Source: a virus. From it: 64,000 nucleotides of DNA. Positions 49,195 to 57,696 of this stretch are shown piece by piece. The stretch's first letter is position 1. Every line of letters begins with the position of its first letter. The notes under the pieces are model-generated. The model was not told where the DNA came from and made no database searches. It saw only the letters and a list, made by a program, of their open reading frames with translations. Made by a program: the position numbers and the translations under genes. The DNA lies in IMG/VR virus record IMGVR_UViG_3300021963_000069, positions 29,551-93,550 of that record; one strand, written 5' to 3'.

Positions 49195-50394
49195 TTATTG
49201 ATCCTTTAAGTCTTGAATTCTTTTTTGTATTGATGCCGAACGACTGGTTGATGTGCGAATCAGTGCATCGGAAGCATTTTGCACCAGTTTTTGCTTCTTT
49301 CTTGCAGATTTAAGAATTGCTTCTTTTTCTTGCTTTACTTTAGGTCTATACTTACCAAATGGTTTTTTCTTCAAATCTTTCATTCGTCCACTCTGAACTT
49401 GAATATCTCTTACAAGTTCACCAACTCTATTTTTGACTCTTTCTTCTTTTTCTGGTGTCAGATCCTTATACTCTTCATCAAGAATCTCATTTACCCAGTT
49501 GTCGCTGATACTCTCTGCCATAACTTCGGCACCATCAAGACTATCGGCATAACCTTCACTAAACAGATAATCCGCTACTAGATCAAACTGATTTTTAATG
49601 ATATCTGAAAGTTCACTTCTTTTTATTGTTCTACTTGCCGATCTTGTTGGTGATGGTTCTCTGCCTCTTGATTCTGGTTGTGGTTCTGGTTGTGGTTCTG
49701 GTTCATCTCCTGCCAGTCTTGCTGTAATTCTTTTTAGTGCTTTCTGATCTTCTGGACGAAGACTACTCCCAGGGGTTCTTTTTAGTTGTCTTTTTTGTCT
49801 CTCTTGTTCCTTATTAAATCTTCTAATTTTTGCCGCAGACCAAGGTTTTTGAGCTCTGATTTCATTTAGTTCCTCAAACTCATCGTCACTCATTGCTTCT
49901 AAGATACAACCAGCAGAATCATAATCAACCGCAAATCCTTCAGAAATAAGAGTATCAAGAATGTATTCTATATCTTCTCTTTTAAATTTGCGAATATTGT
50001 TTCGTCCCTCTTCTCGTTCAGTTGTTCTTTTTCTAGCCTGTTGAGCATTACTCATCAATTTAGAACCAGTCTTCATTTTTTTTAATAGTGTCCCTATTTT
50101 TACTCTTGGGGGTTTACTATAATCAGGATTTTTTAATTCATCTTGTGCAATATCTGCTTGATTTGAATAATCCTTTAGTTTAATCATTTGACTATTTAAA
50201 AACCCAGTCACTCTTGCTTTTTTAGTCTTAGAGAGCGGTCTAAAGTTTCTTTCTTTCCACGAATCGTCTTCAATGAGGTCTTGAAACTCATCGTCACTCA
50301 AAGACTCTACTAATTCTTCTGCTTCCTCATAAGAATCGGCATAACCCTCAAAGTATAAAAACTGAAGTATTTGGTGATATTCGTAAGAAGACAT
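49195..50394 (-). CDS. Putative internal head protein with three EG(Y/F)A modules alternating with basic segments
   Basis: FLYFEGYADSYEEAE, TLISEGFAVDYDSA, YLFSEGYADSLDGAE. Confidence 0.65.
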   Translation of the reverse strand: MSSYEYHQILQFLYFEGYADSYEEAEELVESLSDDEFQDLIEDDSWKERNFRPLSKTKKARVTGFLNSQMIKLKDYSNQADIAQDELKNPDYSKPPRVKIGTLLKKMKTGSKLMSNAQQARKRTTEREEGRNNIRKFKREDIEYILDTLISEGFAVDYDSAGCILEAMSDDEFEELNEIRAQKPWSAAKIRRFNKEQERQKRQLKRTPGSSLRPEDQKALKRITARLAGDEPEPQPEPQPESRGREPSPTRSASRTIKRSELSDIIKNQFDLVADYLFSEGYADSLDGAEVMAESISDNWVNEILDEEYKDLTPEKEERVKNRVGELVRDIQVQSGRMKDLKKKPFGKYRPKVKQEKEAILKSARKKQKLVQNASDALIRTSTSRSASIQKRIQDLKDQ

Positions 50395-50452
50395 TTGGTA
50401 TAAAGAAACTCTACTTCTCTTTATTTATCAAATATCTTCACAGTTAGAATAC

Positions 50453-50989
50453 TTATGGATTTTGGAACGTCTTTATATATCTAATGGTCTTCATATAAGA
50501 GATCTCACTATTCTTAACGACTAATAACTCAGATTTAACTTCACGCCAGGTATAATTTCTATCTTTGTTTAAGTGAAAATTAAAACCATTAAATCCCCAA
50601 TCAAAAACACCAAGACACGCTATTAGTGGATGTTGATCGTAAAGAAGTCCTGGTGTCTTCGCAAAATATCTAAAGGTGAAGTATTTTCCGGGAATTGGCG
50701 GAGAGTTTGTGTCCTTAAAAACATCCAGAATCACATTCATTATGCTTTCTGGTCTTTTTGATGTTTTTTCGAGTCTTTGTTTAAGAATATCAATTCTTGT
50801 TAGATTTGCTGTTGCTTTTTGATAATCTCTGTCGTCCTTAAGAAGTTTTATTAATTCATCTTTCGTTAGACTTTCATAGTTACTAGTAGATCCCTGTCCT
50901 GATTTGGTTGTGTAATAAACTGTATATCTTTTCGCAAGAGATACTAATTCATTTTTACTTAAAGCATCAAGAAGGGATGGTGGTATCAT
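50453..50989 (-). CDS. Protein with a T4 gp2 (DNA end protector)-like C-terminal domain
   Basis: PGKYFTFRYFAKT...YDQHPL...GFNGFNFH resembles the gp2 YxAK..YD.FPL..GLN.H pattern. Confidence 0.55.
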   Translation of the reverse strand: MIPPSLLDALSKNELVSLAKRYTVYYTTKSGQGSTSNYESLTKDELIKLLKDDRDYQKATANLTRIDILKQRLEKTSKRPESIMNVILDVFKDTNSPPIPGKYFTFRYFAKTPGLLYDQHPLIACLGVFDWGFNGFNFHLNKDRNYTWREVKSELLVVKNSEISYMKTIRYIKTFQNP

Positions 50990-51222
50990 TTCTTCTTTAG
51001 ATATTTTTTAACTGCCTTTCCGCCAATTCCACCCTGATCGTCCAGCAATTTGATTATTTTCTTTGGTTTTCCAATTGGTTTTGTTGGTCCAGTAGGAGGC
51101 GCCAAAGTATATTCCTTGTTTCCGTCCTCATCTTCTCTATATGTTCCGGGAACTGCATTTGGAGGAAGTGTTGGTTTCTTCTTACCTTCAATAAGAGTAA
51201 GGAATTGATTAAAACTAATCAT
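50986..51222 (-). CDS. Small basic putative internal protein
   Basis: MISFNQFLTLIE leader; late-like CATAAATA upstream. Confidence 0.55.
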   Translation of the reverse strand: MISFNQFLTLIEGKKKPTLPPNAVPGTYREDEDGNKEYTLAPPTGPTKPIGKPKKIIKLLDDQGGIGGKAVKKYLKKK

Positions 51223-51243
51223 TTTTTTAAGATATTTATGAGT

Positions 51244-51462
51244 TTATTTGATATGATCCTTAAGACTATAAAAGTATTCCAGCCTAGCGATGTCTTCCTG
51301 TAGTCTAACTCCCTTGGTATAACGGACAAAGTGCCTCTCAAGAGTGAGTTCCTCTTCTGAAAAGGGAATATCATTCTCTCTCTTGAACCTGATGTTCTGT
51401 GCGAATTGTGTAATGTGATTTACAGGTAAATTAAGAAACTCCTCGTAAGACATTTGAGACAA
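51244..51462 (-). CDS. Hypothetical protein
   Basis: 72-aa co-oriented ORF. Confidence 0.55.
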   Translation of the reverse strand: MSQMSYEEFLNLPVNHITQFAQNIRFKRENDIPFSEEELTLERHFVRYTKGVRLQEDIARLEYFYSLKDHIK

Positions 51463-51485
51463 TAGGTGTTGTTCTTCCCTACTAT

Positions 51486-51920
51486 TTAATCATAATCAAG
51501 TTTTGTATAAAGAAACTCCTGATCGCTAGTACTCCAATGAATTTCTTTAATTGTGGGGCAGTTGGTTCTTATATAAAGATAACATATAGGGCAACAAAAA
51601 CTATTTCTTAATTCTTTACCACTATGACCTCCCACTCTACAAATGACTAGTTTGTGCCCGGATTTTCTTGCCCTAATAATACAATTTAATTCGGCATGAA
51701 GAAATGTCTTGAGTGCCAGCTTGGGATCCTTATACTTTTTAGATGCCATCACAGCGGCATAAAATTGTCTTGTATGTGTAATCTCATAAGAATTAGTACC
51801 GGTAGAAATAATCCGGTTTCTCTTATTCAAAAGAATTGCGGACATTCTTTGACGAGCATTAGATGCCATCGCAACAGATATGGCATGATCCGTGATTTCT
51901 TTCTTGAGAGGCGAAATCAT
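51486..51920 (-). CDS. Cytidine/dCMP deaminase-fold protein
   Basis: IISTGTN, LHAE and CCPIC zinc motifs. Confidence 0.75.
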   Translation of the reverse strand: MISPLKKEITDHAISVAMASNARQRMSAILLNKRNRIISTGTNSYEITHTRQFYAAVMASKKYKDPKLALKTFLHAELNCIIRARKSGHKLVICRVGGHSGKELRNSFCCPICYLYIRTNCPTIKEIHWSTSDQEFLYTKLDYD

Positions 51921-52142
51921 TTTCTTCTCATCATATAAGTGTAATAGGGGTCTCTACCAGAAAGATTATAAGGATCAAAGTTTGGTTGTGTCATTTTATA
52001 TTCATCTTCCATTTGATAATAACCCGTGTTTAACTCTTCCCAGAAGGCAAGATAGTCTATGCGGTCATTATAATTAACAAAGCGAAAGTCAATACAATTT
52101 CTCCAAGACCAATAGGCATTCTCAACCCATTCTGTGAATATC
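51917..52142 (-). CDS. Aromatic-rich hypothetical protein (start near MIFTEW, approximate)
   Basis: WSWRNC...FWEELN.G; loosely similar to 55178-55390. Confidence 0.5.
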
Positions 52143-52406
52143 ATCCAATTCTTTTTCATCAAAGATACTCTCCACATAACCATCAAAATCAAGAGCAAAA
52201 TCAGGGTCAATACGAGGACTACCATCCTGTTCTATAAAGGTATAATTATACACATAGTCCTGAAGAGCGAGGAAAATCTTGGCAGTCCGTTGTTTGTCGT
52301 GCGAAGTAACACTAAAATGAGGATGTGCTACAATATTTTCAATCGTAGTGAAAAGATCTTCCATCTTCATAGTGTATGACTTTTGATTTGGGTCAAGTTT
52401 AAGCAT
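52122..52406 (-). CDS. Hypothetical protein
   Basis: Behind a promoter cassette (TATAAT, box at 52468-52489). Confidence 0.65.
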   Translation of the reverse strand: MLKLDPNQKSYTMKMEDLFTTIENIVAHPHFSVTSHDKQRTAKIFLALQDYVYNYTFIEQDGSPRIDPDFALDFDGYVESIFDEKELDDIHRMG

Positions 52407-52486
52407 CAGGTTTGTCTTGTGTATAAGAGTATTATACCAGATTTTTGAGAATTATGGTGTGTTCCTTGTGACAGTTGTGAAAGTGG

Positions 52487-53128
52487 TTAGAGACCGTAAC
52501 GGGATTTTGTTGCGAGGTAGTTCTGTTGGATTTCTGCTGCGGTGAGTGCTCTGTTGTATGCCTGAATAATAGAACAATTTCCTTTCCAAGAACCAGATGC
52601 TGTTTCTCTATTCAACCAAGTTGGTGCTTCTATCGGTACGGAATATACACTTCCGGTTCCAACAAGTACTCCATTTACATAGTATGATGGTGAAGAAGAA
52701 CCAGAAGGTTTGGAAAGAACAACATACACCCACTGGTTTCTATACACTGGTGTAGTTGTAAAATCATTAGCATCAAATTCTATTCTACCGCTGGTATTCC
52801 ACCATATCATAGGTCTTTGAGTTCTAGTATCAATAAAGTTTTTATAAGTTGATGTTGTTTCTGTGGAATATACCCAACCGGCATAGGTTACTGCCTGTCC
52901 TGCCGGTGTGGCAAATGTAGTACTTACATACTGATTAGTTCCGTCAAAAACCAAAGAACCACCATTAGCACTACTGAAAGTTGGTGTGTTAAAAAGAGTT
53001 CCAGTATTCCCATTACCACTCAAATCAGTCCAGGTGGTTCCACTACCGGGATAAGACTTTCTGTTCCCTGCGTCCAGACAAAGAACTAATCCATTAGTAA
53101 CTATTTTACTATTGTAAGCAACTCCCAT
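52487..53128 (-). CDS. LamG/concanavalin A-like domain protein
   Basis: IVTNGLVLCLDA..SYPGSGTTWTDLSGNGN, FDGTNQY, YNRALTAAEIQQNY. Confidence 0.88.
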   Translation of the reverse strand: MGVAYNSKIVTNGLVLCLDAGNRKSYPGSGTTWTDLSGNGNTGTLFNTPTFSSANGGSLVFDGTNQYVSTTFATPAGQAVTYAGWVYSTETTSTYKNFIDTRTQRPMIWWNTSGRIEFDANDFTTTPVYRNQWVYVVLSKPSGSSSPSYYVNGVLVGTGSVYSVPIEAPTWLNRETASGSWKGNCSIIQAYNRALTAAEIQQNYLATKSRYGL

Positions 53129-53161
53129 ATTCTTTCAGTTTCTCTTTGTTTTTGTTATTTA

Positions 53162-53821
53162 TTAGATATAGCGCGATTTAAGAGCATTATAGTTCTGTCT
53201 GACTTCTGCTGCGGTGAGTGCTCTGTTGTATATGGAGACTTGGGAGATGTTTCCGTTCCAATACTCCCCGCCATTAGTTTGTCTTCCAATTTGAGCACTA
53301 CTTGCAACAGTATTCCAACCTTTTACTGTAGGTCCGGAAACTAATACTCCATTAATATACATAGAAGCATTTGTACCATCATAAACTCCTGCCATATTAA
53401 ACCAAGTATTTAATGGAACACCAGATGCGGTTATATCATTAGCATATCCACCAAATAAATATGTTGAATTATTAATTCCCAAAAATCTTGCTACATTTGT
53501 GGATGCTGATCCATAAGAAACTATAAAATCAAAACTTCCTGATATTGTATTAGTTCTCGCCCACGCCGACAAAGTTCCCGCAGAACTTCCAAACGGAAAT
53601 CCAGTTGATCCCATTGGTACATAATCATCAGTACCATCAAAGGTCAAAGAACCAAAATTAGTTCCAGAATATCCAACTCCACCCTCAAGAGTTCCATTAT
53701 TCCCATTACCACTTCTATCAAACCAATTGAGACCGGTGCGAGGATATGACCATGGACTTGCTGCGTCCAAATGAAGAACTAATCCATTTCTTACTATCTG
53801 TGCTCCGTGAACTAATGCCAT
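53162..53821 (-). CDS. LamG/concanavalin A-like domain protein (tandem paralog)
   Basis: IVRNGLVLHLDA, FDGTDDY, YNRALTAAEVRQNY. Confidence 0.88.
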   Translation of the reverse strand: MALVHGAQIVRNGLVLHLDAASPWSYPRTGLNWFDRSGNGNNGTLEGGVGYSGTNFGSLTFDGTDDYVPMGSTGFPFGSSAGTLSAWARTNTISGSFDFIVSYGSASTNVARFLGINNSTYLFGGYANDITASGVPLNTWFNMAGVYDGTNASMYINGVLVSGPTVKGWNTVASSAQIGRQTNGGEYWNGNISQVSIYNRALTAAEVRQNYNALKSRYI

Positions 53822-53849
53822 TTATTTTATAAGTTCTCTGTGTTCTTAT

Positions 53850-54056
53850 TTATTCGGGTGTTTCATCACTCCACCAATACAATAGTTTATCACCTTTCGC
53901 AGAAATATTTAAGTGGAAGATGCGATTATCTTTAGTATAACAACCAATCCAGAGTGATTTTTCATTCATCTGCTCCAAATGAAACATCTTCACATCCTCC
54001 AACACAATCTCATCAGGATTTCGTGTTTCCTCAAGTGGAAAGTCGTTTCTATTCAT
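53850..54056 (-). CDS. Hypothetical protein
   Basis: NPDEIVL..V.MFHLE.M....WIG; TTGACG-17-TATAAT upstream. Confidence 0.7.
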   Translation of the reverse strand: MNRNDFPLEETRNPDEIVLEDVKMFHLEQMNEKSLWIGCYTKDNRIFHLNISAKGDKLLYWWSDETPE

Positions 54057-54114
54057 AATGACTTGTAATTTTCATTATTATACTATCAAGACCCAGTTTC
54101 GTCAAGAGGTTTTT

Positions 54115-54837
54115 TTATTCTTCCTTTTTCCATCCTATTCTTCCCCTTTCCCATCCATCGCCAGGATGTTCTCTACTTCTTTTTTCTATTTGTCCGTCAT
54201 TCCACCATTTTAATCCTTTTCTTACCTCGCTCATTTTTTTTCGTGATTCTTCAGTGTGGTTAAAACCTAAACTATATTTGTTTCCTTTCATTATTTCACT
54301 TTGTTTTTTTCTGGTTTCTTCCGTGTGTGATTTACCATAAAATGGATTATTTTCTCCTTTCCTTGCTTCACTTATTTTTCTTCTGGTTTCTTCTGGGCGA
54401 GATTTACCATAACAATGATGGTTTTCTCCTTTATTGGCTTCACTTATTTTTTCTCTGTTTTGTTTTGTGTGTGATTTACCATAAAATGGATTATCTTCTC
54501 CATTATATTTACCTTTCCTTGCTTCACTCATTTTTCTTCTGGTTTCTTCACTTGGAACCCACCCAGAAGGACCATCACCACCATCACTTCTATTATGAAG
54601 AATACCAGTACCTAAATCTTTTCTACCAAATACAGCAACCATATATTCTTCGTGCTTGAATGCTTCTTCTTCGGTAAGATTTTGTTTGAGGAAGATTGCT
54701 CTTGATTTATCTTTTGGTTTGTTACAAGGTTTTCCACTATTATCATTAATTCTATTTCCACTCCCTTTTCCAATATAATAAGGAGTTCTATCTTCCCGCA
54801 AATATGCGTAAGTATAAAATCTGTTAGGATTTACCAT
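54115..54837 (-). CDS. GIY-YIG-type (Seg-like) homing endonuclease with NUMOD3 repeats
   Basis: FYTYAYLRED.TPYYIGKG..R; repeated NPFYGKSHTEETRKKxSE; WWNDG tail. Confidence 0.88.
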   Translation of the reverse strand: MVNPNRFYTYAYLREDRTPYYIGKGSGNRINDNSGKPCNKPKDKSRAIFLKQNLTEEEAFKHEEYMVAVFGRKDLGTGILHNRSDGGDGPSGWVPSEETRRKMSEARKGKYNGEDNPFYGKSHTKQNREKISEANKGENHHCYGKSRPEETRRKISEARKGENNPFYGKSHTEETRKKQSEIMKGNKYSLGFNHTEESRKKMSEVRKGLKWWNDGQIEKRSREHPGDGWERGRIGWKKEE

Positions 54838-54883
54838 TTCTATTCTACTTGGACGGCATTACTATTTATAAGAGTTTATAATA

Positions 54884-54943
54884 GAAAAGGTGCCCCAAGA
54901 GCACCTAATCTTATCTGTAGAGATTGCCGTCCAAACAGACACT
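54884..54943 (-). ncRNA. Candidate small RNA complementary to the leader of the downstream endonuclease mRNA (module 1)
   Basis: AATAAATA (54946-54953), hairpin displaying TTGGACGGCA, AGATT, terminator AGGTGC-loop-GCACCT-TTTC. Confidence 0.6.
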
Positions 54944-54951
54944 CTTATTTA

Positions 54952-55173
54952 TTATACTTCACCACCGAACAAAGAAAAAAGAAAGTACCATACTACGCCC
55001 AAAAGACCCAAAAGAGATGGAATAAACACCATCCAACCAAAGATGATTGGATGTGTCGCAAGAAGATAAACGACGAGTATAATCAATAATACTGCGAAAG
55101 GTAATGTGAGTGTTGCTTTAATTTGAGGAGAAATCATTTTAGTTTCTTTATGTTGTTGATTATCTATTTTCAT
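54952..55173 (-). CDS. Two-TM small membrane protein
   Basis: Two hydrophobic stretches; start probably MISPQ. Confidence 0.65.
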   Translation of the reverse strand: MKIDNQQHKETKMISPQIKATLTLPFAVLLIILVVYLLATHPIIFGWMVFIPSLLGLLGVVWYFLFSLFGGEV

Positions 55174-55177
55174 TTAT

Positions 55178-55390
55178 TCACCACTTTCCTAACCTCAATT
55201 TGCGTTCAGGTGAAAGATAAGGATTGTATGGGTCATCATACGGAAAAATGTATTCACAACACCAACCCCACGATAATGCCTCCCAGAAGTCATCATCACC
55301 ATAACAATCCATAATATAACTGATATTACGGAAACCTTCCACAAACCATTCCAACTTACTCATACCATAATAGGTGTCTCGGTCAGTCAT
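55178..55390 (-). CDS. Hypothetical protein
   Basis: 70-aa co-oriented ORF with GAGG RBS. Confidence 0.6.
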   Translation of the reverse strand: MTDRDTYYGMSKLEWFVEGFRNISYIMDCYGDDDFWEALSWGWCCEYIFPYDDPYNPYLSPERKLRLGKW

Positions 55391-55529
55391 TTAAGTTCCT
55401 CAAGTAGAGAGACGGCAGTAAGCAAATCTTTACCGTGTTGTAGGTATTCTGTGTCTATCATTTCGTTATTCTGCGCCCAATACAGAAACTGTTGAATGAG
55501 ATACTCTGCTGTTTCTTTTTGTTGTTCGG

Positions 55530-55748
55530 TCATTTTAGTGCCTCAATTTTATCAGCAAGTTCATAAAGTTTGTAAGCATCTAAAATCATATCTTCACCTT
55601 CACTTGTATTGTAGTATTGGAGTTCATTTGCTATTTCTCTAATTGCGGTTGATAAACCTTGTCTTACATCCTCACTATCTTTTATACCATTATCAATCAA
55701 TTCACCCTTGAATGCCTCCCAGATTTTTTGTGCTGTGTTAGTAGTCAT
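55530..55748 (-). CDS. Hypothetical protein
   Basis: ATGA-coupled to its neighbours. Confidence 0.6.
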   Translation of the reverse strand: MTTNTAQKIWEAFKGELIDNGIKDSEDVRQGLSTAIREIANELQYYNTSEGEDMILDAYKLYELADKIEALK

Positions 55749-55969
55749 TCTTCTTTCCTCATAGGATACTCAAATTCTACACCAATCCGTTCCAAAAGTG
55801 TGCGGGCAAAGGTAATCTCACCATAATCAACACCATCGTCAAAAATCATTTCTGGTGGGTGGTCTGGAAAATCTGCGTGATAATACTCATCACTATCATA
55901 GCAGGTTTTTGCCTCTGCGTATTCTTTGAGAACCTTGAGGAGAAGTGTAAGTTTTTCTGTATCAGTCAT
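55745..55969 (-). CDS. Hypothetical protein
   Basis: Behind the promoter cassette at 55985-56050. Confidence 0.65.
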   Translation of the reverse strand: MTDTEKLTLLLKVLKEYAEAKTCYDSDEYYHADFPDHPPEMIFDDGVDYGEITFARTLLERIGVEFEYPMRKEE

Positions 55970-56048
55970 CAGTTTGGTTGCTTATGAGTGTATTATAGGG
56001 CATCTGGAGGGTCTTGTGGGCGCCCTTGTGCGAGTTTGAGAAGTGTCC

Positions 56049-56399
56049 TCAAGTCCAAGTTCTTACACTTGCCTTTGGATGTTCTTTACAAGCATCCAAC
56101 ACCTCTTCCACAAAAGGAACAAAGTGTTTGTAAGTTCCCCAACCGTTAGAAGCATCAAACTGCTTATAATGCTCTGGATGAGATTTGAGTTTTAGAAGTC
56201 CTGCCTCAAGATGTGGAATAAGTTTATCAGCAGTTGGATTTTCATAAAGGTCATCAGGATGCCACAGACACTTATAGATGCCTGCTTCTTCTGCCATCGT
56301 ATTCAGGTTGTGAGTGATGTTTCCAGAATACAACTCAACCTTATGAGGTTCTTTTCCGCCCGTATCCAGTTCCATTTCAAGGTAGAAATCAAGAGACAT
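56049..56399 (-). CDS. Conserved phage hypothetical protein
   Basis: NITHNLNTMAEEAG...NGWG; own promoter cassette. Confidence 0.75.
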   Translation of the reverse strand: MSLDFYLEMELDTGGKEPHKVELYSGNITHNLNTMAEEAGIYKCLWHPDDLYENPTADKLIPHLEAGLLKLKSHPEHYKQFDASNGWGTYKHFVPFVEEVLDACKEHPKASVRTWT

Positions 56400-56466
56400 A
56401 ATGTGTTTGTATGTATGAGTGTATTATAGGGCATCTGTAGGGTCTTGTGGGCGCTCTTGTGCCAGT

Positions 56467-56814
56467 TCAGGGAGTGACCCAATCATAATCGGGAGCAATC
56501 ATTACACGCTCAAATCCATCATACTCATCAATACGATAAGAACCATACACCTCTTCAATTTGAAGATTAGCACAGTCATCACTTGCTTTGTCTCCAAGTT
56601 CTTCTACAACTTGAACCAGAATAGGGTCGTGACGAGGGCAATCAACATAACCCCAACATTCATATTTTCTAGCAGTATCATCATACTTACTTTTGGCATT
56701 TGGATTATACTTTGGGTTTAGTTTCAAATCATAACCAAGTTCCACCATCCTATCCATCGCCTCATTAGAAAGACCGAACCCACCGTAGCAGGCATTATAA
56801 ACAACTTTAGTCAT
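56467..56814 (-). CDS. Conserved phage hypothetical protein
   Basis: KVVYNACYGGFGLS...RHDPILVQVVEELG...IDEYDG; own promoter cassette. Confidence 0.8.
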   Translation of the reverse strand: MTKVVYNACYGGFGLSNEAMDRMVELGYDLKLNPKYNPNAKSKYDDTARKYECWGYVDCPRHDPILVQVVEELGDKASDDCANLQIEEVYGSYRIDEYDGFERVMIAPDYDWVTP

Positions 56815-56838
56815 CAGGTTTCTGTGTGTATGAGACTA

Positions 56839-57099
56839 TTATAGGGCATCCAAGTCGGTTTTGCTGTGCTCTGCGGACACTTTCTTAACTGTCACATCTC
56901 CCTGTTCCTGTATTTTTTTAGCAAGATGTAGAATATCCTCAACCGGAATATTTTCTTTGTAGTTATACTTACGAGCAAATGCCTTGACCATACACTCTAA
57001 AGTAATTCCTTGAAGATGCTCCATACTGATAGGCATTCCGTGAGGTAATGACATCATTTCCAGATTGTAAAAATCGTTGTATCTTTGTAAAATATTCAT
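56839..57099 (-). CDS. Hypothetical protein
   Basis: Coupled to the upstream ORF; its 3' end reads through a promoter cassette. Confidence 0.5.
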   Translation of the reverse strand: MNILQRYNDFYNLEMMSLPHGMPISMEHLQGITLECMVKAFARKYNYKENIPVEDILHLAKKIQEQGDVTVKKVSAEHSKTDLDAL

Positions 57100-57662
57100 T
57101 ATGAAAAGTTGAAATGTAATTTACTATAATAATTTAGGTAGCACGATTTGTCCTTAAGTTCTACAAGTGATGATGGTAAAAGATGACCGTATTTCTCAAA
57201 GAAATCTTCTCTGGATACAAATCTCACTCCCATTAACATCCAAATACCAAAATACGAATGAAACTCACGAACGGCACGATACTCTTGAGAATTGACCGGT
57301 TTATAATTTTGTGGATGAGGAGCATTCTTATCATAATCATCCCCATAAGGAATACTTTGAGAACATAGAACACAAAGAGTTCTGCCGTTCCCAGTCCCAA
57401 AGAAATCACCCACAAGAAATCTCATATACTCCTCTTCGGGTATTTCACCATAAGTTTCATTATACTCCTTCATACAATAATCAGCAATCAACTGATATGC
57501 TTGTTTGGTTTTTTGCGGAAGGATTTTGTTGAACTTATTTTCTTCTTTGTTATTCAGGTATGCGAATGCTTCTTGATATGTTTTGAGTGCTTCTCTTTGT
57601 TCGGCAATTTCAAAAAGTTCATCTGGATAGTTTTCCATTATAGTGCCTCCAAGATAAATCAA
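57099..57662 (-). CDS. Hypothetical protein (start probably MENYP)
   Basis: GGAGG precedes the internal ATG; ends in HFNFS. Confidence 0.65.
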   Translation of the reverse strand: MIYLGGTIMENYPDELFEIAEQREALKTYQEAFAYLNNKEENKFNKILPQKTKQAYQLIADYCMKEYNETYGEIPEEEYMRFLVGDFFGTGNGRTLCVLCSQSIPYGDDYDKNAPHPQNYKPVNSQEYRAVREFHSYFGIWMLMGVRFVSREDFFEKYGHLLPSSLVELKDKSCYLNYYSKLHFNFS

Positions 57663-57696
57663 TTATACACCAAAAACCACTCCTTGTAAAGTACCC

